64,000 bases of DNA, taken from assembly GCA_964016885.1 (NCBI GenBank), contig OZ024743.1:209994001-210058000 (forward strand), written 5' to 3'. The stretch comes from Eledone cirrhosa (Eukaryota). A program made the position numbers and the translations under genes. Under the pieces are notes generated by a model. The model was not told where the DNA came from, made no database searches, and saw only the letters and a list, made by a program, of their open reading frames with translations. Shown piece by piece: positions 14,401 to 31,159 of the stretch; within the stretch, counting starts at the first letter, position 1, and each line of letters opens with the position of its first letter.

Positions 14401-16800
14401 ACCCCAGTTCACCATCCTATAGCCAGATGAAAGCTCTTCACTCCATAAGATATACCACAGTTTACCACCCTATAGCCACAGATGAAAGCTCTTCACTCCA
14501 TGAGATATACCACAGTTTACCATCCTATAGCCACGCCACGGATGAAAGCTCTTCACTCCATAAGATATACCACAGTTTACAATCCTATAGCCACAGATGA
14601 AAGCTCTTCACTCCATAAGATATACCACAGTTTACCATCCTATGGCCACAGATGAAAGCTCTTCACTCCATAATATATACCACAGTTTACCATCCTATAG
14701 CCACAGATGAAAGCTCTTCACTCCATAAGATATACCACAGTTTACCATCCTGTAGCCACACATGAAAGCTCTTCACTCCATAAGATATACCACAGTTTAC
14801 CATCCTATAGTCAAGCCACGGATGAAAGCGCTTCACTCCATAAGATATACCACAGTTTACCATCCTATAGTCACACATGAAAGCTCTTCACTCCATAAGA
14901 TATAACACAGTTTACCATCCTATAGCCAGATGAAAGCTCTTCACTCCATAAGATATACCACAGTTTACCATCCTATAGCCACAGATGAAAGCTCTTCACT
15001 CCATAAGATATACCACAGTTTACCATCCTATAGCCACAGATTAAAGCTCTTCACTCCATAAGATATACCACAGTTTACCATCCTATAGCCACAGATGAAA
15101 GCTGTTCACTCCATAAGATATACCACTGTTTACCATCCTATAGCCACACATGAAAGCTCTTCACTCCATAAGATATACCACAGTTTACCATCCTATAGCC
15201 ACAGATGAAAGCTGTTCACTCCATAATATATACGACAGTTTAACATCCTATATCCACAGATGAAAGCTGTTCACTCCATAAGATATACGACAGTTTACCA
15301 TCCTATAGCCAGATGAAAGCTCTTCACTCCATAAGATATATCACAGTTTACCATCCTATAGCCACAGATGAAAGCTGTTCACTCCATAAGATATACCACA
15401 GTTTACCATCCTATAGCCAGATGAAAGCTCTTCACTCCATAAGATATACCACAGTTTACCATCCTAAAGCCACAGATGAAAGCTCTTCACTCCATAAGAT
15501 ATACCACAGTTTACCATCCTATAGCGACAGATGAAAGCTGTTTACTCCATAAGATATACCACAGTTTACCATCCTATAGCCAGATGAAAGCTCTTCACTC
15601 CATAAGATATACCACAGTTTACCATCCTATAGCCACAGATGAAAGCTGTTCACTCCATAAGATATACCACAGTTTACCATCCTATAGCCAGATGAAAGCT
15701 CTTCACTCCATAAGATATACCACAGTTTACCATCCTAAAGCCACAGATGAAAGCTCTTCACTCCATAAGATATACCACAGTTTACCATCCTATAGCCACA
15801 GATGAAAGCTCTTCACTCCATAAGATATACCACAGTTTACCATCCTAAAATCACAGATGAAAGCTGTTCACTCCATAAGATATACCACAGTTTACCATCC
15901 TATAGCCACAGATGAAAGCTCTTCACTCCATAAGATATACCACAGTTTACCATCCTATAGCCACAGATGAAAGCTCTTCACCCCATAAGATATACCACAG
16001 TTTACCATCCTATAGCCACACATGAAAGCTCTTCACTCCATAAGATATACCACAGTTTACCATCCTATAGCCACACATGAAAGCTCTTCACTCCATAAGA
16101 TATACCACAGTTTACCATCCTATAGCCACACATGAAAGCTCTTCACTCCATAAGATTACCACAGTTTACCATCCTATAGCCACAGATGAAAGCTCTTCAC
16201 CCCATAAGATATACCACAGTTCACCATCCTATAGCCACACATGAAAGCTCTTCACCCCATCAGATATACCACAGTTTACCATCCTATTGCCACACATTAA
16301 AGCTCTTCACTCCATAATATATACCAGAGTTTACCATCCTATAGCCACACATGAAAGCTCTTCACTCCATAAGATATACCACAGTTTACCATCCTATAGC
16401 CAGATGAAAGCTCTTCACTCCATAAGATATACGATAGTTTACCATCCTATAGCCACACATGAAATCTCTTCACTCCATAAGATATACCACAGTTTACCAT
16501 CCTATAGCCACACATGAAAGCTCTTCACTCCATAAGATATACCACAGTTTACCATCCTATAGCCACACATGAAAGCTCTTCACTCCATAAGATATACCAC
16601 AGTTTACCATCCTATAGCCACACATGAAAGCTCTTCACTCCATAAGATATACCACAGTTTACCATCCTATAGCCACACATGAAAGCTCTTCACTCCATAA
16701 GATATACCACAGTTTACCATCCTATAGCCACAGATGAAAGCTCTTCACCCCATAAGATATACCACAGTTTACCATCCTATAGCCACAGATGAAAGCTCTT
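8400..16800 (+). repeat. Higher-order block A, copy 2 and its continuation
   Basis: Same marker order as 1-6.4 kb (TATTGCGAC ~11243, GCCAGACATGAGAG ~11575, CATACGATGGCC ~11949), with single-monomer losses that shift the offset 8766->8711->8656. Confidence 0.88.
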
Positions 16801-19800
16801 CACCCCATTAGATATACCACAGTTTACCATCCTATAGCCACACATGAAAGCTCTTCACTCCATAAGATATACCACATTTTACCATCCTATAGCCACACAT
16901 GAAAGCTCCTCACTCCATAAGATATACCACAGTTTACCATCCTATAGCCACACATGAAAGCTCTTCACGCCATAAGATATACCACAGTTTACCATCCTAT
17001 AGCCACAGATGAAAGCTCTTCACCCCATAAGATATACCACAGTTTACCATCCTATAGCCACACATGAAAGCTCTTCACCCCATCAGATATACCACAGTTT
17101 ACCATCCTATTGCCACACATTAAAGCTCTTCACTCCATAATATATACCAGAGTTTACCATCCTATAGCCACACATGAAAGCTCTTCACTCCATAAGATAT
17201 ACCACAGTTTACCATCCTATAGCCAGATGAAAGCTCTTCACTCCATAAGATATACGATAGTTTACCATCCTATAGCCACACATGAAATCTCTTCACTCCA
17301 TAAGATATACCACAGTTTACCATCCTATAGCCACACATGAAAGCTCTTCACTCCATAAGATATACGTCAGTTTACCATCCTATAGCCACAGATGAAAGCT
17401 CTTCACTCCATAAGATATACCACAGTTTACTATCCTATAGCCACACATGAGAGCTCTTCACCCCATAAGATATACCACAGTTTACCATCCTATAGCCAGA
17501 TGAAAGCTCTTCACTCCGTAAAATATACCACAGTTTACCATCCTATAGCCACACATGAAAGCTCTTCACTCCATAAGATATACCACAGTTTACCATCCTA
17601 TAGCCACAGATGAAAGCTCTTCACTCCATAAGATATACCACAGTTTAACATCCTATAGCCACAGATGAAAGCTCTTCACTCCATACGATATACCACAGTT
17701 TACCATCCTATAGCCACAGATGAAAGCTTTTCACTCCATAAGATATACCACAGTTTACCATCCTATAGCCACACATGAAAGCTCTTCACTCCATAAGATA
17801 TACCACAGTTTACCATACTATGGCCACACATGAAAGCTCTTCACCCCATAAGATATACCACAGTTTACCATCCTATAGCCTCACATGAAAGCTCTTCACT
17901 CCATAAGATATACCACAGTTTATCATCCTATAGCCACACATGAAAGCTCTTCACTCCATAAGATATACCACAGTTTACCATCCTATAGCCACAGATGAAA
18001 GCTCTTCACCCCATAAGATATACCACAGTTTACCATCCTATAGCCACACATGAAAGCTCTTCACTCCATAAGATATACCACAGTTTACCATCCTAAAACC
18101 ACAGATGAAAGCTCTTCACTCCATAAGATATACCACAGTTTACCATCCTATAGCCACAGATGAAAGCTCTTCACTCCATAAGATATACCACAGTTTACCA
18201 TCCTATAGCCACAGATGAAAGCTCTTCACCCCATAAGATATACCACAGTTTACCATCCTATAGCCACACATGAAAGCTCTTCACTCCATAAGATATACCA
18301 CAGTTTACCATCCTATAGCCACACATGAAAGCTCTTCACTCCATAAGATATACCACAGTTTACCATCCTATAGCCACACATGAAAGCTATTCACTCCATA
18401 AGATATACCACAGTTTACCATCCTATAGCCACAGATGAAAGCTCTTCACCCCATAAGATATACCACAGTTTACCATCCTATAGCCACACATGAAAGCTCT
18501 TCACCCCATCAGATATACCACAGTTTACCATCCTATTGCCACACATTAAAGCTCTTCACTCCATAATATATACCAGAGTTTACCATCCTATAGCCACACA
18601 TGAAAGCTCTTCACTCCATAAGATATACCACAGTTTACCATCCTATAGCCAGATGAAAGCTCTTCACTCCATAAGATATACGATAGTTTACCATCCTATA
18701 GCCACACATGAAATCTCTTCACTCCATAAGATATACCACAGTTTACCATCCTATAGCCACACATGAAAGCTCTTCACTCCATAAGATATACCACAGTTTA
18801 CCATCCTATAGCCACACATGAAAGCTCTTCACTCCATAAGATATACCACAGTTTACCATCCTATAGCCACACATGAAAGCTCTTCACTCCATAAGATATA
18901 CCACAGTTTACCATCCTATAGCCACACATGAAAGCTCTTCACTCCATAAGATATACCACAGTTTACCATCCTATAGCCACAGATGAAAGCTCTTCACCCC
19001 ATAAGATATACCACAGTTTACCATCCTATAGCCACAGATGAAAGCTCTTCACCCCATTAGATATACCACAGTTTACCATCCTATAGCCACACATGAAAGC
19101 TCTTCACTCCATAAGATATACCACATTTTACCATCCTATAGCCACACATGAAAGCTCCTCACTCCATAAGATATACAACAGTTTACCATCCTATAGCCAC
19201 ACATGAAAGCTCTTCACGCCATAAGATATACCACAGTTTACCATCCTATAGCCACAGATGAAAGCTCTTCACCCCATAAGATATACCACAGTTTACCATC
19301 CTATAGCCACACATGAAAGCTCTTCACCCCATCAGATATACCACAGTTTACCATCCTATTGCCACACATTAAAGCTCTTCACTCCATAATATATACCAGA
19401 GTTTACCATCCTATAGCCACACATGAAAGCTGTTCACTCCATAAGATATACCACAGTTTACCATCCTATAGCCAGATGAAAGCTCTTCACTCCATAAGAT
19501 ATACGATAGTTTACCATCCTATAGCCACACATGAAATCTCTTCACTCCATAAGATATACCACAGTTTACCATCCTATAGCCACACATGAAAGCTCTTCAC
19601 TCCATAAGATATACGTCAGTTTACCATCCTATAGCCACAGATGAAAGCTCTTCACTCCATAAGATATACCACAGTTTACTATCCTATAGCCACACATGAG
19701 AGCTCTTCACCCCATAAGATATACCACAGTTTACCATCCTATAGCCAGATGAAAGCTCTTCACTCCGTAAAATATACCACAGTTTACCATCCTATAGCCA

Positions 19801-20300
19801 CACATGAAAGCTCTTCACTCCATAAGATATACCACAGTTTACCATCCTATAGCCACAGATGAAAGCTCTTCACTCCATAAGATATACCACAGTTTAACAT
19901 CCTATAGCCACAGATGAAAGCTCTTCACTCCATACGATATACCACAGTTTACCATCCTATAGCCACAGATGAAAGCTTTTCACTCCATAAGATATACCAC
20001 AGTTTACCATCCTATAGCCACACATGAAAGCTCTTCACTCCATAAGATATACCACAGTTTACCATACTATGGCCACACATGAAAGCTCTTCACCCCATAA
20101 GATATACCACAGTTTACCATCCTATAGCCACACATGAAAGCTCTTCACTCCATAAGATATACCACAGTTTACCATCCTATAGCCACACATGAAAGCTCTT
20201 CACTCCATAAGATATACCACAGTTTACCATCCTATAGCCACAGATGAAAGCTCTTCACCCCATAAGATATACCACAGTTTACCATCCTATAGCCACACAT
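15780..20300 (+). repeat. 2249-bp (41-monomer) tandem duplication containing a nested 823-bp (15-monomer) duplication
   Basis: ORF starts 16287->18536, 17110->19359 and 17392->19641 are all offset 2249. Starts 16287->17110, 18536->19359 and 22650->23473 are all offset 823. Confidence 0.85.
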
Positions 20301-23300
20301 GAAAGCTCTTCACCCCATAAGATATACCACAGTTTACCATCCTATTGCCACACATGAAAGTTCTTCACTCGATAAGATATACCACAGTTTACCATCCAAT
20401 AGCCACACATGAAAGCTCTTCACTCCATAAGATATACCACAGTTTACCATCCTATAGCCAGATGAAAGCTCTTCACTCCATAAGATATACGACAGTTTAC
20501 CATCCTATAGCCACACATGAAAGCTCTTCAATCCATAAGATATACCCCAGTTTACCATCCTATAGCCAGGTGAAAGCTCTTCACTCCATAAGATATACCA
20601 CAGTTTACCATCCTATAGCCACACATGAAAGCTCTTCACTCCATAAGATATACCACAGTTTACCATCCTATAGCCACACATGAAAGCTCTTCACTCCATA
20701 AGATATACCACAGTTTACCATCCTATAGCCACACATGAAAGCTCTTCACTCCATAAGATATACCACAGTTTACCATCCTATAGCCACACATGAAAGCTCT
20801 TCACTCCATAAGATATACCACAGTTTACCATCCTATAGCCACAGATGAAAGCTCTTCACCCCATAAGATATACCACAGTTTACCATCCTATAGCCACAGA
20901 TGAAAGCTCTTCACCCCATTAGATATACCACAGTTTACCATCCTATAGCCACACATGAAAGCTCTTCACTCCATAAGATATACCACATTTTACCATCCTA
21001 TAGCCACACATGAAAGCTCCTCACTCCATAAGATATACCACAGTTTACCATCCTATAGCCACACATGAAAGCTCTTCACGCCATAAGATATACCACAGTT
21101 TACCATCCTATAGCCACAGATGAAAGCTCTTCACCCCATAAGATATACCACAGTTTACCATCCTATAGCCACACATGAAAGCTCTTCACCCCATCAGATA
21201 TACCACAGTTTACCATCCTATTGCCACACATTAAAGCTCTTCACTCCATAATATATACCAGAGTTTACCATCCTATAGCCACACATGAAAGCTCTTCACT
21301 CCATAAGATATACCACAGTTTACCATCCTATAGCCAGATGAAAGCTCTTCACTCCATAAGATATACGATAGTTTACCATCCTATAGCCACACATGAAATC
21401 TCTTCACTCCATAAGATATACCACAGTTTACCATCCTATAGCCACACATGAAAGCTCTTCACTCGATAAGATATACGTCAGTTTACCATCCTATAGCCAC
21501 AGATGAAAGCTCTTCACTCCATAAGATATACCACAGTAGTTTACTATCCTATAGCCACACATGAGAGCTCTTCACCCCATAAGATATACTACAGTTTACC
21601 ATCCTATAGCCAGATGAAAGCTCTTCACTCCGTAAAATATACCACAGTTTACCATCCTATAGCCACACATGAAAGCTCTTCACTCCATAAGATATACCAC
21701 AGTTTACCATCCTATAGCCACAGATGAAAGCTCTTCACTCCATAAGATATACCACAGTTTAACATCCTATAGCCACAGATGAAAGCTCTTCACTCCATAC
21801 GATATACCACAGTTTACCATCCTATAGCCACAGATGAAAGCTTTTCACTCCATAAGATATACCACAGTTTACCATCCTATAGCCACACATGAAAGCTCTT
21901 CACTCCATAAGATATACCACAGTTTACCATACTATGGCCACACATGAAAGCTCTTCACCCCATAAGATATACCACAGTTTACCATCCTATAGCCACACAT
22001 GAAAGCTCTTCACTCCATAAGATATACCACAGTTTATCATCCTATAGCCACACATGAAAGCTCTTCACTCCATAAGATATACCACAGTTTACCATCCTAT
22101 AGCCACAGATGAAAGCTCTTCACCCCATAAGATATACCACAGTTTACCATCCTATAGCCACACATGAAAGCTCTTCACTCCATAAGATATACCACAGTTT
22201 ACCATCCTAAAACCACAGATGAAAGCTCTTCACTCCATAAGATATACCACAGTTTACCATCCTATAGCCACAGATGAAAGCTCTTCACTCCATAAGATAT
22301 ACCACAGTTTACCATCCTATAGCCACAGATGAAAGCTCTTCACCCCATAAGATATACCACAGTTTACCATCCTATAGCCACACATGAAAGCTCTTCACTC
22401 CATAAGATATACCACAGTTTACCATCCTATAGCCACACATGAATGCTCTTCACTCCATAAGATATACCACAGTTTACCATCCTATAGCCACACATGAAAG
22501 CTCTTCACTCCATAAGATATACCACAGTTTACCATCCTATAGCCACAGATGAAAGCTCTTCACCCCATAAGATATACCACAGTTTACCATCCTATAGCCA
22601 CACATGAAAGCTCTTCACCCCATCAGATATACCACAGTTTACCATCCTATTGCCACACATTAAAGCTCTTCACTCCATAATATATACCAGAGTTTACCAT
22701 CCTATAGCCACACATGAAAGCTCTTCACTCCATAAGATATACCACAGTTTACCATCCTATAGCCAGATGAAAGCTCTTCACTCCATAAGATATACGATAG
22801 TTTACCATCCTATAGCCACACATGAAATCTCTTCACTCCATAAGATATACCACAGTTTACCATCCTATAGCCACACATGAAAGCTCTTCACTCCATAAGA
22901 TATACCACAGTTTACCATCCTATAGCCACACATGAAAGCTCTTCACTCCATAAGATATACCACAGTTTACCATCCTATAGCCACACATGAAAGCTCTTCA
23001 CTCCATAAGATATACCACAGTTTACCATCCTATAGCCACACATGAAAGCTCTTCACTCCATAAGATATACCACAGTTTACCATCCTATAGCCACAGATGA
23101 AAGCTCTTCACCCCATAAGATATACCACAGTTTACCATCCTATAGCCACAGATGAAAGCTCTTCACCCCATTAGATATACCACAGTTTACCATCCTATAG
23201 CCACACATGAAAGCTCTTCACTCCATAAGATATACCACATTTTACCATCCTATAGCCACACATGAAAGCTCCTCACTCCATAAGATATACAACAGTTTAC

Positions 23301-24710
23301 CATCCTATAGCCACACATGAAAGCTCTTCACGCCATAAGATATACCACAGTTTACCATCCTATAGCCACAGATGAAAGCTCTTCACCCCATAAGATATAC
23401 CACAGTTTACCATCCTATAGCCACACATGAAAGCTCTTCACCCCATCAGATATACCACAGTTTACCATCCTATTGCCACACATTAAAGCTCTTCACTCCA
23501 TAATATATACCAGAGTTTACCATCCTATAGCCACACATGAAAGTTCTTCACTCCATAAGATATACCACAGTTTACCATCCTATAGCCAGATGAAAGCTCT
23601 TCACTCCATAAGATATACGATAGTTTACCATCCTATAGCCACACATGAAATCTCTTCACTCCATAAGATATACCACAGTTTACCATCCTATAGCCACACA
23701 TGAAAGCTCTTCACTCCATAAGATATACGTCAGTTTACCATCCTATAGCCACAGATGAAAGCTCTTCACTCCATAAGATATACCACAGTTTACTATCCTA
23801 TAGCCACACATGAGAGCTCTTCACCCCATAAGATATACCACAGTTTACCATCCTATAGCCAGATGAAAGCTCTTCACTCCGTAAAATATACCACAGTTTA
23901 CCATCCTATAGCCACACATGAAAGCTCTTCACTCCATAAGATATACCACAGTTTACCATCCTATAGCCACAGATGAAAGCTCTTCACTCCATAAGATATA
24001 CCACAGTTTAACATCCTATAGCCACAGATGAAAGCTCTTCACTCCATACGATATACCACAGTTTACCATCCTATAGCCACAGATGAAAGCTTTTCACTCC
24101 ATAAGATATACCACAGTTTACCATCCTATAGCCACACATGAAAGCTCTTCACTCCATAAGATATACCACAGTTTACCATACTATGGCCACACATGAAAGC
24201 TCTTCACCCCATAAGATATACCACAGTTTACCATCCTATAGCCACACATGAAAGCTCTTCACTCCATAAGATATACCACAGTTTACCATCCTATAGCCAC
24301 ACATGAAAGCTCTTCACTCCATAAGATATACCACAGTTTACCATCCTATAGCCACAGATGAAAGCTCTTCACCCCATAAGATATACCACAGTTTACCATC
24401 CTATAGCCACACATGAAAGCTCTTCACCCCATAAGATATACCACAGTTTACCATCCTATTGCCACACATGAAAGTTCTTCACTCGATAAGATATACCACA
24501 GTTTACCATCCAATAGCCACACATGAAAGCTCTTCACTCCATAAGATATACCACAGTTTACCATCCTATAGCCAGATGAAAGCTCTTCACTCCATAAGAT
24601 ATACGACAGTTTACCATCCTATAGCCACACATGAAAGCTCTTCAATCCATAAGATATACCCCAGTTTACCATCCTATAGCCAGATGAAAGCTCTTCACTC
24701 CATAAGATAT
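16510..24710 (+). repeat. 4.11-kb (75-monomer) tandem duplication
   Basis: Offset is 4111 (17110->21221, 17392->21503), then 4114 after a 3-bp AGT insertion at ~21535 (18536->22650, 20345->24459). Variants TTTATCATCC (~17919/~22033) and ATACAACAG (~19173/~23287) were seen only in these two copies. Confidence 0.88.
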
Positions 24711-27700
24711 ACCACAGTTTACCACCCTATAGCCACAGATGAAAGCTCTTCACTCCATGAGATATACCACAGTTTACCATCCTATAGCCATGCCACGGAT
24801 GAAAGCTCTTCACTCCATAAGATATACGACAGTTTACCATCCTATAGCCACACATGAAAGCTCTTCACTCGATAAGATATACCACAGTTTACCATCCTAT
24901 AGCCACACATGAAAGCTCTTCACTCCATAAGATATACCACAGTTTACCATCCTATAGCCACACATGAAAGCTCTTCACTCCATAAGATATCCCACAGTTT
25001 ACCATCATATAGCCACACATGAAAGCTCTTCACTCCATAAGATATACCACAGTTTACCATCCTATAGCCAGATGGAAGCTCTTCACTCCATAAGATATAC
25101 CACAGTTTACCATCCTATAGCCACAGATGAAAGCTCTTCACTCCATAAGATATACCACAGTTTACCATCCTATAGCCACAGATGAAAGCTCTTCACTCGA
25201 TAAGATATACCACAGTTTACCATCCTATAGCCACAGATGAAAGCTCTTCACTCCATAAGATATACCACAGTTTACCATCCTATAGTCACAGATGAAAGCT
25301 GTTCACTCCATAAGATATACGACAGTTTACCATCGTATAGCCACAGATGAAAGCTGTTCACTCCATAAGATATACCACAGTTTACCATCCTATAGCCAGA
25401 TGAAAGCTCTTCACTCCATAAGATATACCACAGTTTACCATCCTATAGCCAGATGAAAGCTCTTCACTCAATAAGATATACCACAGTTTACCATCCTATA
25501 GCCACAGATGAAAGCTCTTCACTCCATAAGATATACCACAGTTTACCATCCTATAGCCACACATGAAAGCTCTTCACTCCATAAGATATACCACAGTTTA
25601 CCATCCTATAGCCACACATGAAAGCTCTTCACTCCATAAGATATACCACAGTTTACCATCCTATAGCCACAGATGAAAGCTCTTCACCCCATAAGATATA
25701 CCACAGTTTACCATCCTATTGCCACACATGAAAGCTCTTCACTCAATAAGATATACCACAGTTTACCATCCTATGGCCACACATGAAAGCTCTTCACCCC
25801 ATAAGATATACCACAGTTTACCATCCTATAGCCAGATGAAAGCTCTTCACTCCATAAGATATACCACAGTTTACCATCCTATAGCCACACATGAAAGCTC
25901 TTCACTCCATAAGATATACCACTGTTTACCATCCTATAGCCACACATGAGAGCTCTTCACCCCATAAGATATACCTCAGTTTACCATCCTATAGCCACAG
26001 ATGAAAGCTCTTCACTCCATAAGATATACCACAGTTTACCATCCTATAGCCACACATGAGAGCTCCTCACTCCATAAGATATACCACAGTTTACCATCCT
26101 ATAGCCACACATGAAAGCTCTTCACCCCATAAGATATACCACAGTTTACCATCCTATAGCCACACATGAAAGCTCTTCACTCCATAAGATATACCACAGT
26201 TTACCATCCTATAGCCAGATGAAAGCTCTTCACTCCATAAGATATACCACAGTTTACCATCCTATAGCCACACATGAAAGCTCTTCACTCCATAAGATAT
26301 ACCACAGTTTATATTCCTATAGCCACACATAAAAGTTCTTCACTCGATAAGATATACCACAGTTTATATTCCTATAGCCACACATAAAAGTTCTTCACTC
26401 GATAAGATATACCACAGTTTACCATCCTATAGCCACACATGAAAGCTCTTCACTCCATAAGATATACCACAGTTTACCATCCTATAGCCAGATGAAAGCT
26501 CTTCACTCCATAAGATATACGACAGTTTACCATCCTATAGCCACAGATGAAAGCTCTTCACTCCATAAGATATACCACAGTTTACCATCCTATAGCCACA
26601 CATGAAAGCTCTTCACTCCATGAGATATACCACAGTTTACCATCCTATAGTCAAGCCAGGGATGAAAGCTCTTCACTCCATAAGATATACCCCAGTTCAC
26701 CATCCTATAGCCAGATGAAAGCTCTTCACTCCATAAGATATACCACAGTTTACCACCCTATAGCCACAGATGAAAGCTCTTCACTCCATGAGATATACCA
26801 CAGTTTACCATCCTATAGCCACGCCACGGATGAAAGCTCTTCACTCCATAAGATATACCACAGTTTACAATCCTATAGCCACAGATGAAAGCTCTTCACT
26901 CCATAAGATATACCACAGTTTACCATCCTATGGCCACAGATGAAAGCTCTTCACTCCATAATATATACCACAGTTTACCATCCTATAGCCACAGATGAAA
27001 GCTCTTCACTCCATAAGATATACCACAGTTTACCATCCTGTAGCCACACATGAAAGCTCTTCACTCCATAAGATATACCACAGTTTACCATCCTATAGTC
27101 AAGCCAGGGATGAAAGCTCTTCACTCCATAAGATATACCACAGTTTACCATCCTATAGTCACACATGAAAGCTCTTCACTCCATAAGATATAACACAGTT
27201 TACCATCCTATAGCCAGATGAAAGCTCTTCACTCCATAAGATATACCACAGTTTACCATCCTATAGCCACAGATGAAAGCTCTTCACTCCATAAGATATA
27301 CCACAGTTTACCATCCTATAGCCACAGATTAAAGCTCTTCACTCCATAAGATATACCACAGTTTACCATCCTATAGCCACAGATGAAAGCTGTTCACTCC
27401 ATAAGATATACCACAGTTTACCATCCTATAGCCACACATGAAAGCTCTTCACTCCATAAGATATACCACAGTTTACCATCCTATAGCCACAGATGAAAGC
27501 TGTTCACTCCATAATATATACGACAGTTTAACATCCTATATCCACAGATGAAAGCTGTTCACTCCATAAGATATACGACAGTTTACCATCCTATAGCCAG
27601 ATGAAAGCTCTTCACTCCATAAGATATATCACAGTTTACCATCCTATAGCCACAGATGAAAGCTGTTCACTCCATAAGATATACCACAGTTTACCATCCT

Positions 27701-29039
27701 ATAGCCAGATGAAAGCTCTTCACTCCATAAGATATACCACAGTTTACCATCCTAAAGCCACAGATGAAAGCTCTTCACTCCATAAGATATACCACAGTTT
27801 ACCATCCTATAGCGACAGATGAAAGCTGTTTTCTCCATAAGATATACCACAGTTTACCATCCTATAGCCAGATGAAAGCTCTTCACTCCATAAGATATAC
27901 CACAGTTTACCATCCTATAGCCACAGATGAAAGCTGTTCACTCCATAAGATATACCACAGTTTACCATCCTATAGCCAGATGAAAGCTCTTCACTCCATA
28001 AGATATACCACAGTTTACCATCCTAAAGCCACAGATGAAAGCTCTTCACTCCATAAGATATACCACAGTTTACCATCCTATAGCCACAGATGAAAGCTCT
28101 TCACTCCATAAGATATACCACAGTTTACCATCCTAAAACCACAGATGAAAGCTCTTCACTCCATAAGATATACCACAGTTTACCATCCTATAGCCACAGA
28201 TGAAAGCTCTTCACTCCATAAGATATACCACAGTTTACCATCCTATAGCCACAGATGAAAGCTCTTCACCCCATAAGATATACCACAGTTTACCATCCTA
28301 TAGCCACACATGAAAGCTCTTCACTCCATAAGATATACCACAGTTTACCATCCTATAGCCACACATGAAAGTTCTTCACTCCATAAGATATACCACAGTT
28401 TACCATCCTATAGCCACACATGAAAGCTCTTCACTCCATAAGATATACCACAGTTTACCATCCTATAGCCACAGATGAAAGCTCTTCACCCCATAAGATA
28501 TACCACAGTTTACCATCCTATAGCCACACATGAAAGCTCTTCACCCCATCAGATATACCACAGTTTACCATCCTATTGCCACACATTAAAGCTCTTCACT
28601 CCATAATATATACCAGAGTTTACCATCCTATAGCCACACATGAAAGCTCTTCACTCCATAAGATATACCACAGTTTACCATCCAATAGCCAGATGAAAGC
28701 TCTTCACTCCATAAGATATACGATAGTTTACCATCCTATAGCCACACATGAAATCTCTTCACTCCATAAGATATACCACAGTTTACCATCCTATAGCCAC
28801 ACATGAAAGCTCTTCACTCCATAAGATATACGTCAGTTTACCATCCTATAGCCACAGATGAAAGCTCTTCACTCCATAAGATATACCACAGTTTACTATC
28901 CTATAGCCACACATGAGAGCTCTTCACCCCATAAGATATACCACAGTTTACCATCCTATAGCCAGATGAAAGCTCTTCACTCCGTAAAATATACCACAGT
29001 TTACCATCCTATAGCCACACATGAAAGCTCTTCACTCCA

Positions 29040-30350
29040 TAAGATATACCACAGTTTACCATCCTATAGCCACAGATGAAAGCTCTTCACTCCATAAGAT
29101 ATACCACAGTTTAACATCCTATAGCCACAGATGAAAGCTCTTCACTCCATACGATATACCACAGTTTACCATCCTATAGCCACAGATGAAAGCTTTTCAC
29201 TCCATAAGATATACCACAGTTTACCATCCTATAGCCACAGATGAAAGCTCTTCACCCCATAAGATATACCCCAGTTAACCATCCTATAGCCACACATGAA
29301 AGCTCTTCACTCCATAAGATATACCACAGTTTACCATCCTATAGCCACAGATAAAAGCTCTTCACCCCATAAGATATACCACAGTTTACCATCCTATAGC
29401 CACACATGAAAGCTCTTCACTCCATAAGATATACCACAGTTTACCATCCTATAGCCACACATGAAAGCTCTTCACTCCATAAGATATACCACAGTTTACC
29501 ATCCTATAGCCACAGATGAAAGCTCTTCACCCCATAAGATATACCACAGTTTACCATCCTATAGCCACAGATGAAAGCTCTTTACCCCATGAGACATACC
29601 ACAGTTTACCATCCTATAGCCACACATGAAAGCTCTTCACTCCATAAGATATACCACAGTTTACCATCCTATAGCCACACATGAAAGCTCTTCACTCCAT
29701 AAGATATACCACAGTTTACCATCCTATAGCCACAGATGAAAGCTCTTCACTCCATAAGATATACCACAGTTTAACATCCTATAGCCACAGATGAAAGCTC
29801 TTCACTCCATACGATATACCACAGTTTACCATCCTATAGCCACAGATGAAAGCTTTTCACTCCATAAGATATACCACAGTTTACCATCCTATAGCCACAG
29901 GTGAAAGCTCTTCACCCCATAAGATATACCCCAGTTAACCATCCTATAGCCACACATGAAAGCTCTTCACTCCATAAGATATACCACAGTTTACCATCCT
30001 ATAGCCACAGATAAAAGCTCTTCACCCCATAAGATATACCACAGTTTACCATCCTATAGCCACACATGAAAGCTCTTCACTCCATAAGATATACCACAGT
30101 TTACCATCCTATAGCCACACATGAAAGCTCTTCACTCCATAAGATATACCACAGTTTACCATCCTATAGCCACAGATGAAAGCTCTTCACCCCATAAGAT
30201 ATACCACAGTTTACCATCCTATAGCCACAGATGAAAGCTCTTCACCCCATGAGACATACCACAGTTTACCATCCTATAGCCACACATGAAAGCTCTTCAC
30301 TCCATAAGATATACCACAGTTTACCATCCTATAGCCACACATGAAAGCTC
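29040..30350 (+). repeat. 660-bp (12 x 55) tandem duplication
   Basis: TTTAACAT, CATACGAT, GCTTTTC, CCCCAGTTAACC, GATAAAAG and CATGAGACAT repeat in order at +660; lines 29101 and 29761 are identical. Confidence 0.9.
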
Positions 30351-31159
30351 TTCACGCCATAAGATATACCTCAGTTTACGATCCTATAGCCACAGATGAA
30401 AGCTCTTCACTCCATAAGATATACCACAGTTTACCATCCTATAGCCACAGATGAAAGCTCTTCACTCCATAAGATATACCACAGTTTACCATGCTATAGC
30501 CACAGATGAAAGCTGTTCACTCCATAAGATATACGACAGTTTACCATCCTATAGCCACAGATGAAAGCTGTTCACTCCATAAGATATACGACAGTTTACC
30601 ATCCTATAGCCAGATGAAAGCTCTTCACTCCATAAGATATACCACAGTTTACCATCCTATAGCCACAGATGAAAGCTGTTCACTCCATAAGATATACCAC
30701 AGTTTACCATCCTATAGCCAGATGAAAGCTCTTCATTCCATAAGATATACCACAGTTTACCATCCTATAGCCAGATGAAAGCTCTTCACTCCATAAGATA
30801 TACCACAGTTTACCATCCTATAGCCACAGATGAAAGCTCTTCACTCCATAAGATATACCACAGTTTACCACCCTATAGCCACAGATGAAAGCTCTTCACT
30901 CCATGAGATATACCACAGTTTACCATCCTATAGCCACAGATGAAAGCTCTTCACTCCATAAGATATACCACAGTTTAACATCCTATAGCCACAGATGAAA
31001 TCTCTTCACCCCATAAGATATACCACGGTTTAACATCCTATAGCCACAGATGAAAGCTCTTCACTCCATACGATATACCACAGTTTACCATCCTATAGCC
31101 ACAGATGAAAGCTCTTAACTCCATAAGATATACCACAGTTTACCATCCTATAGCCACAG

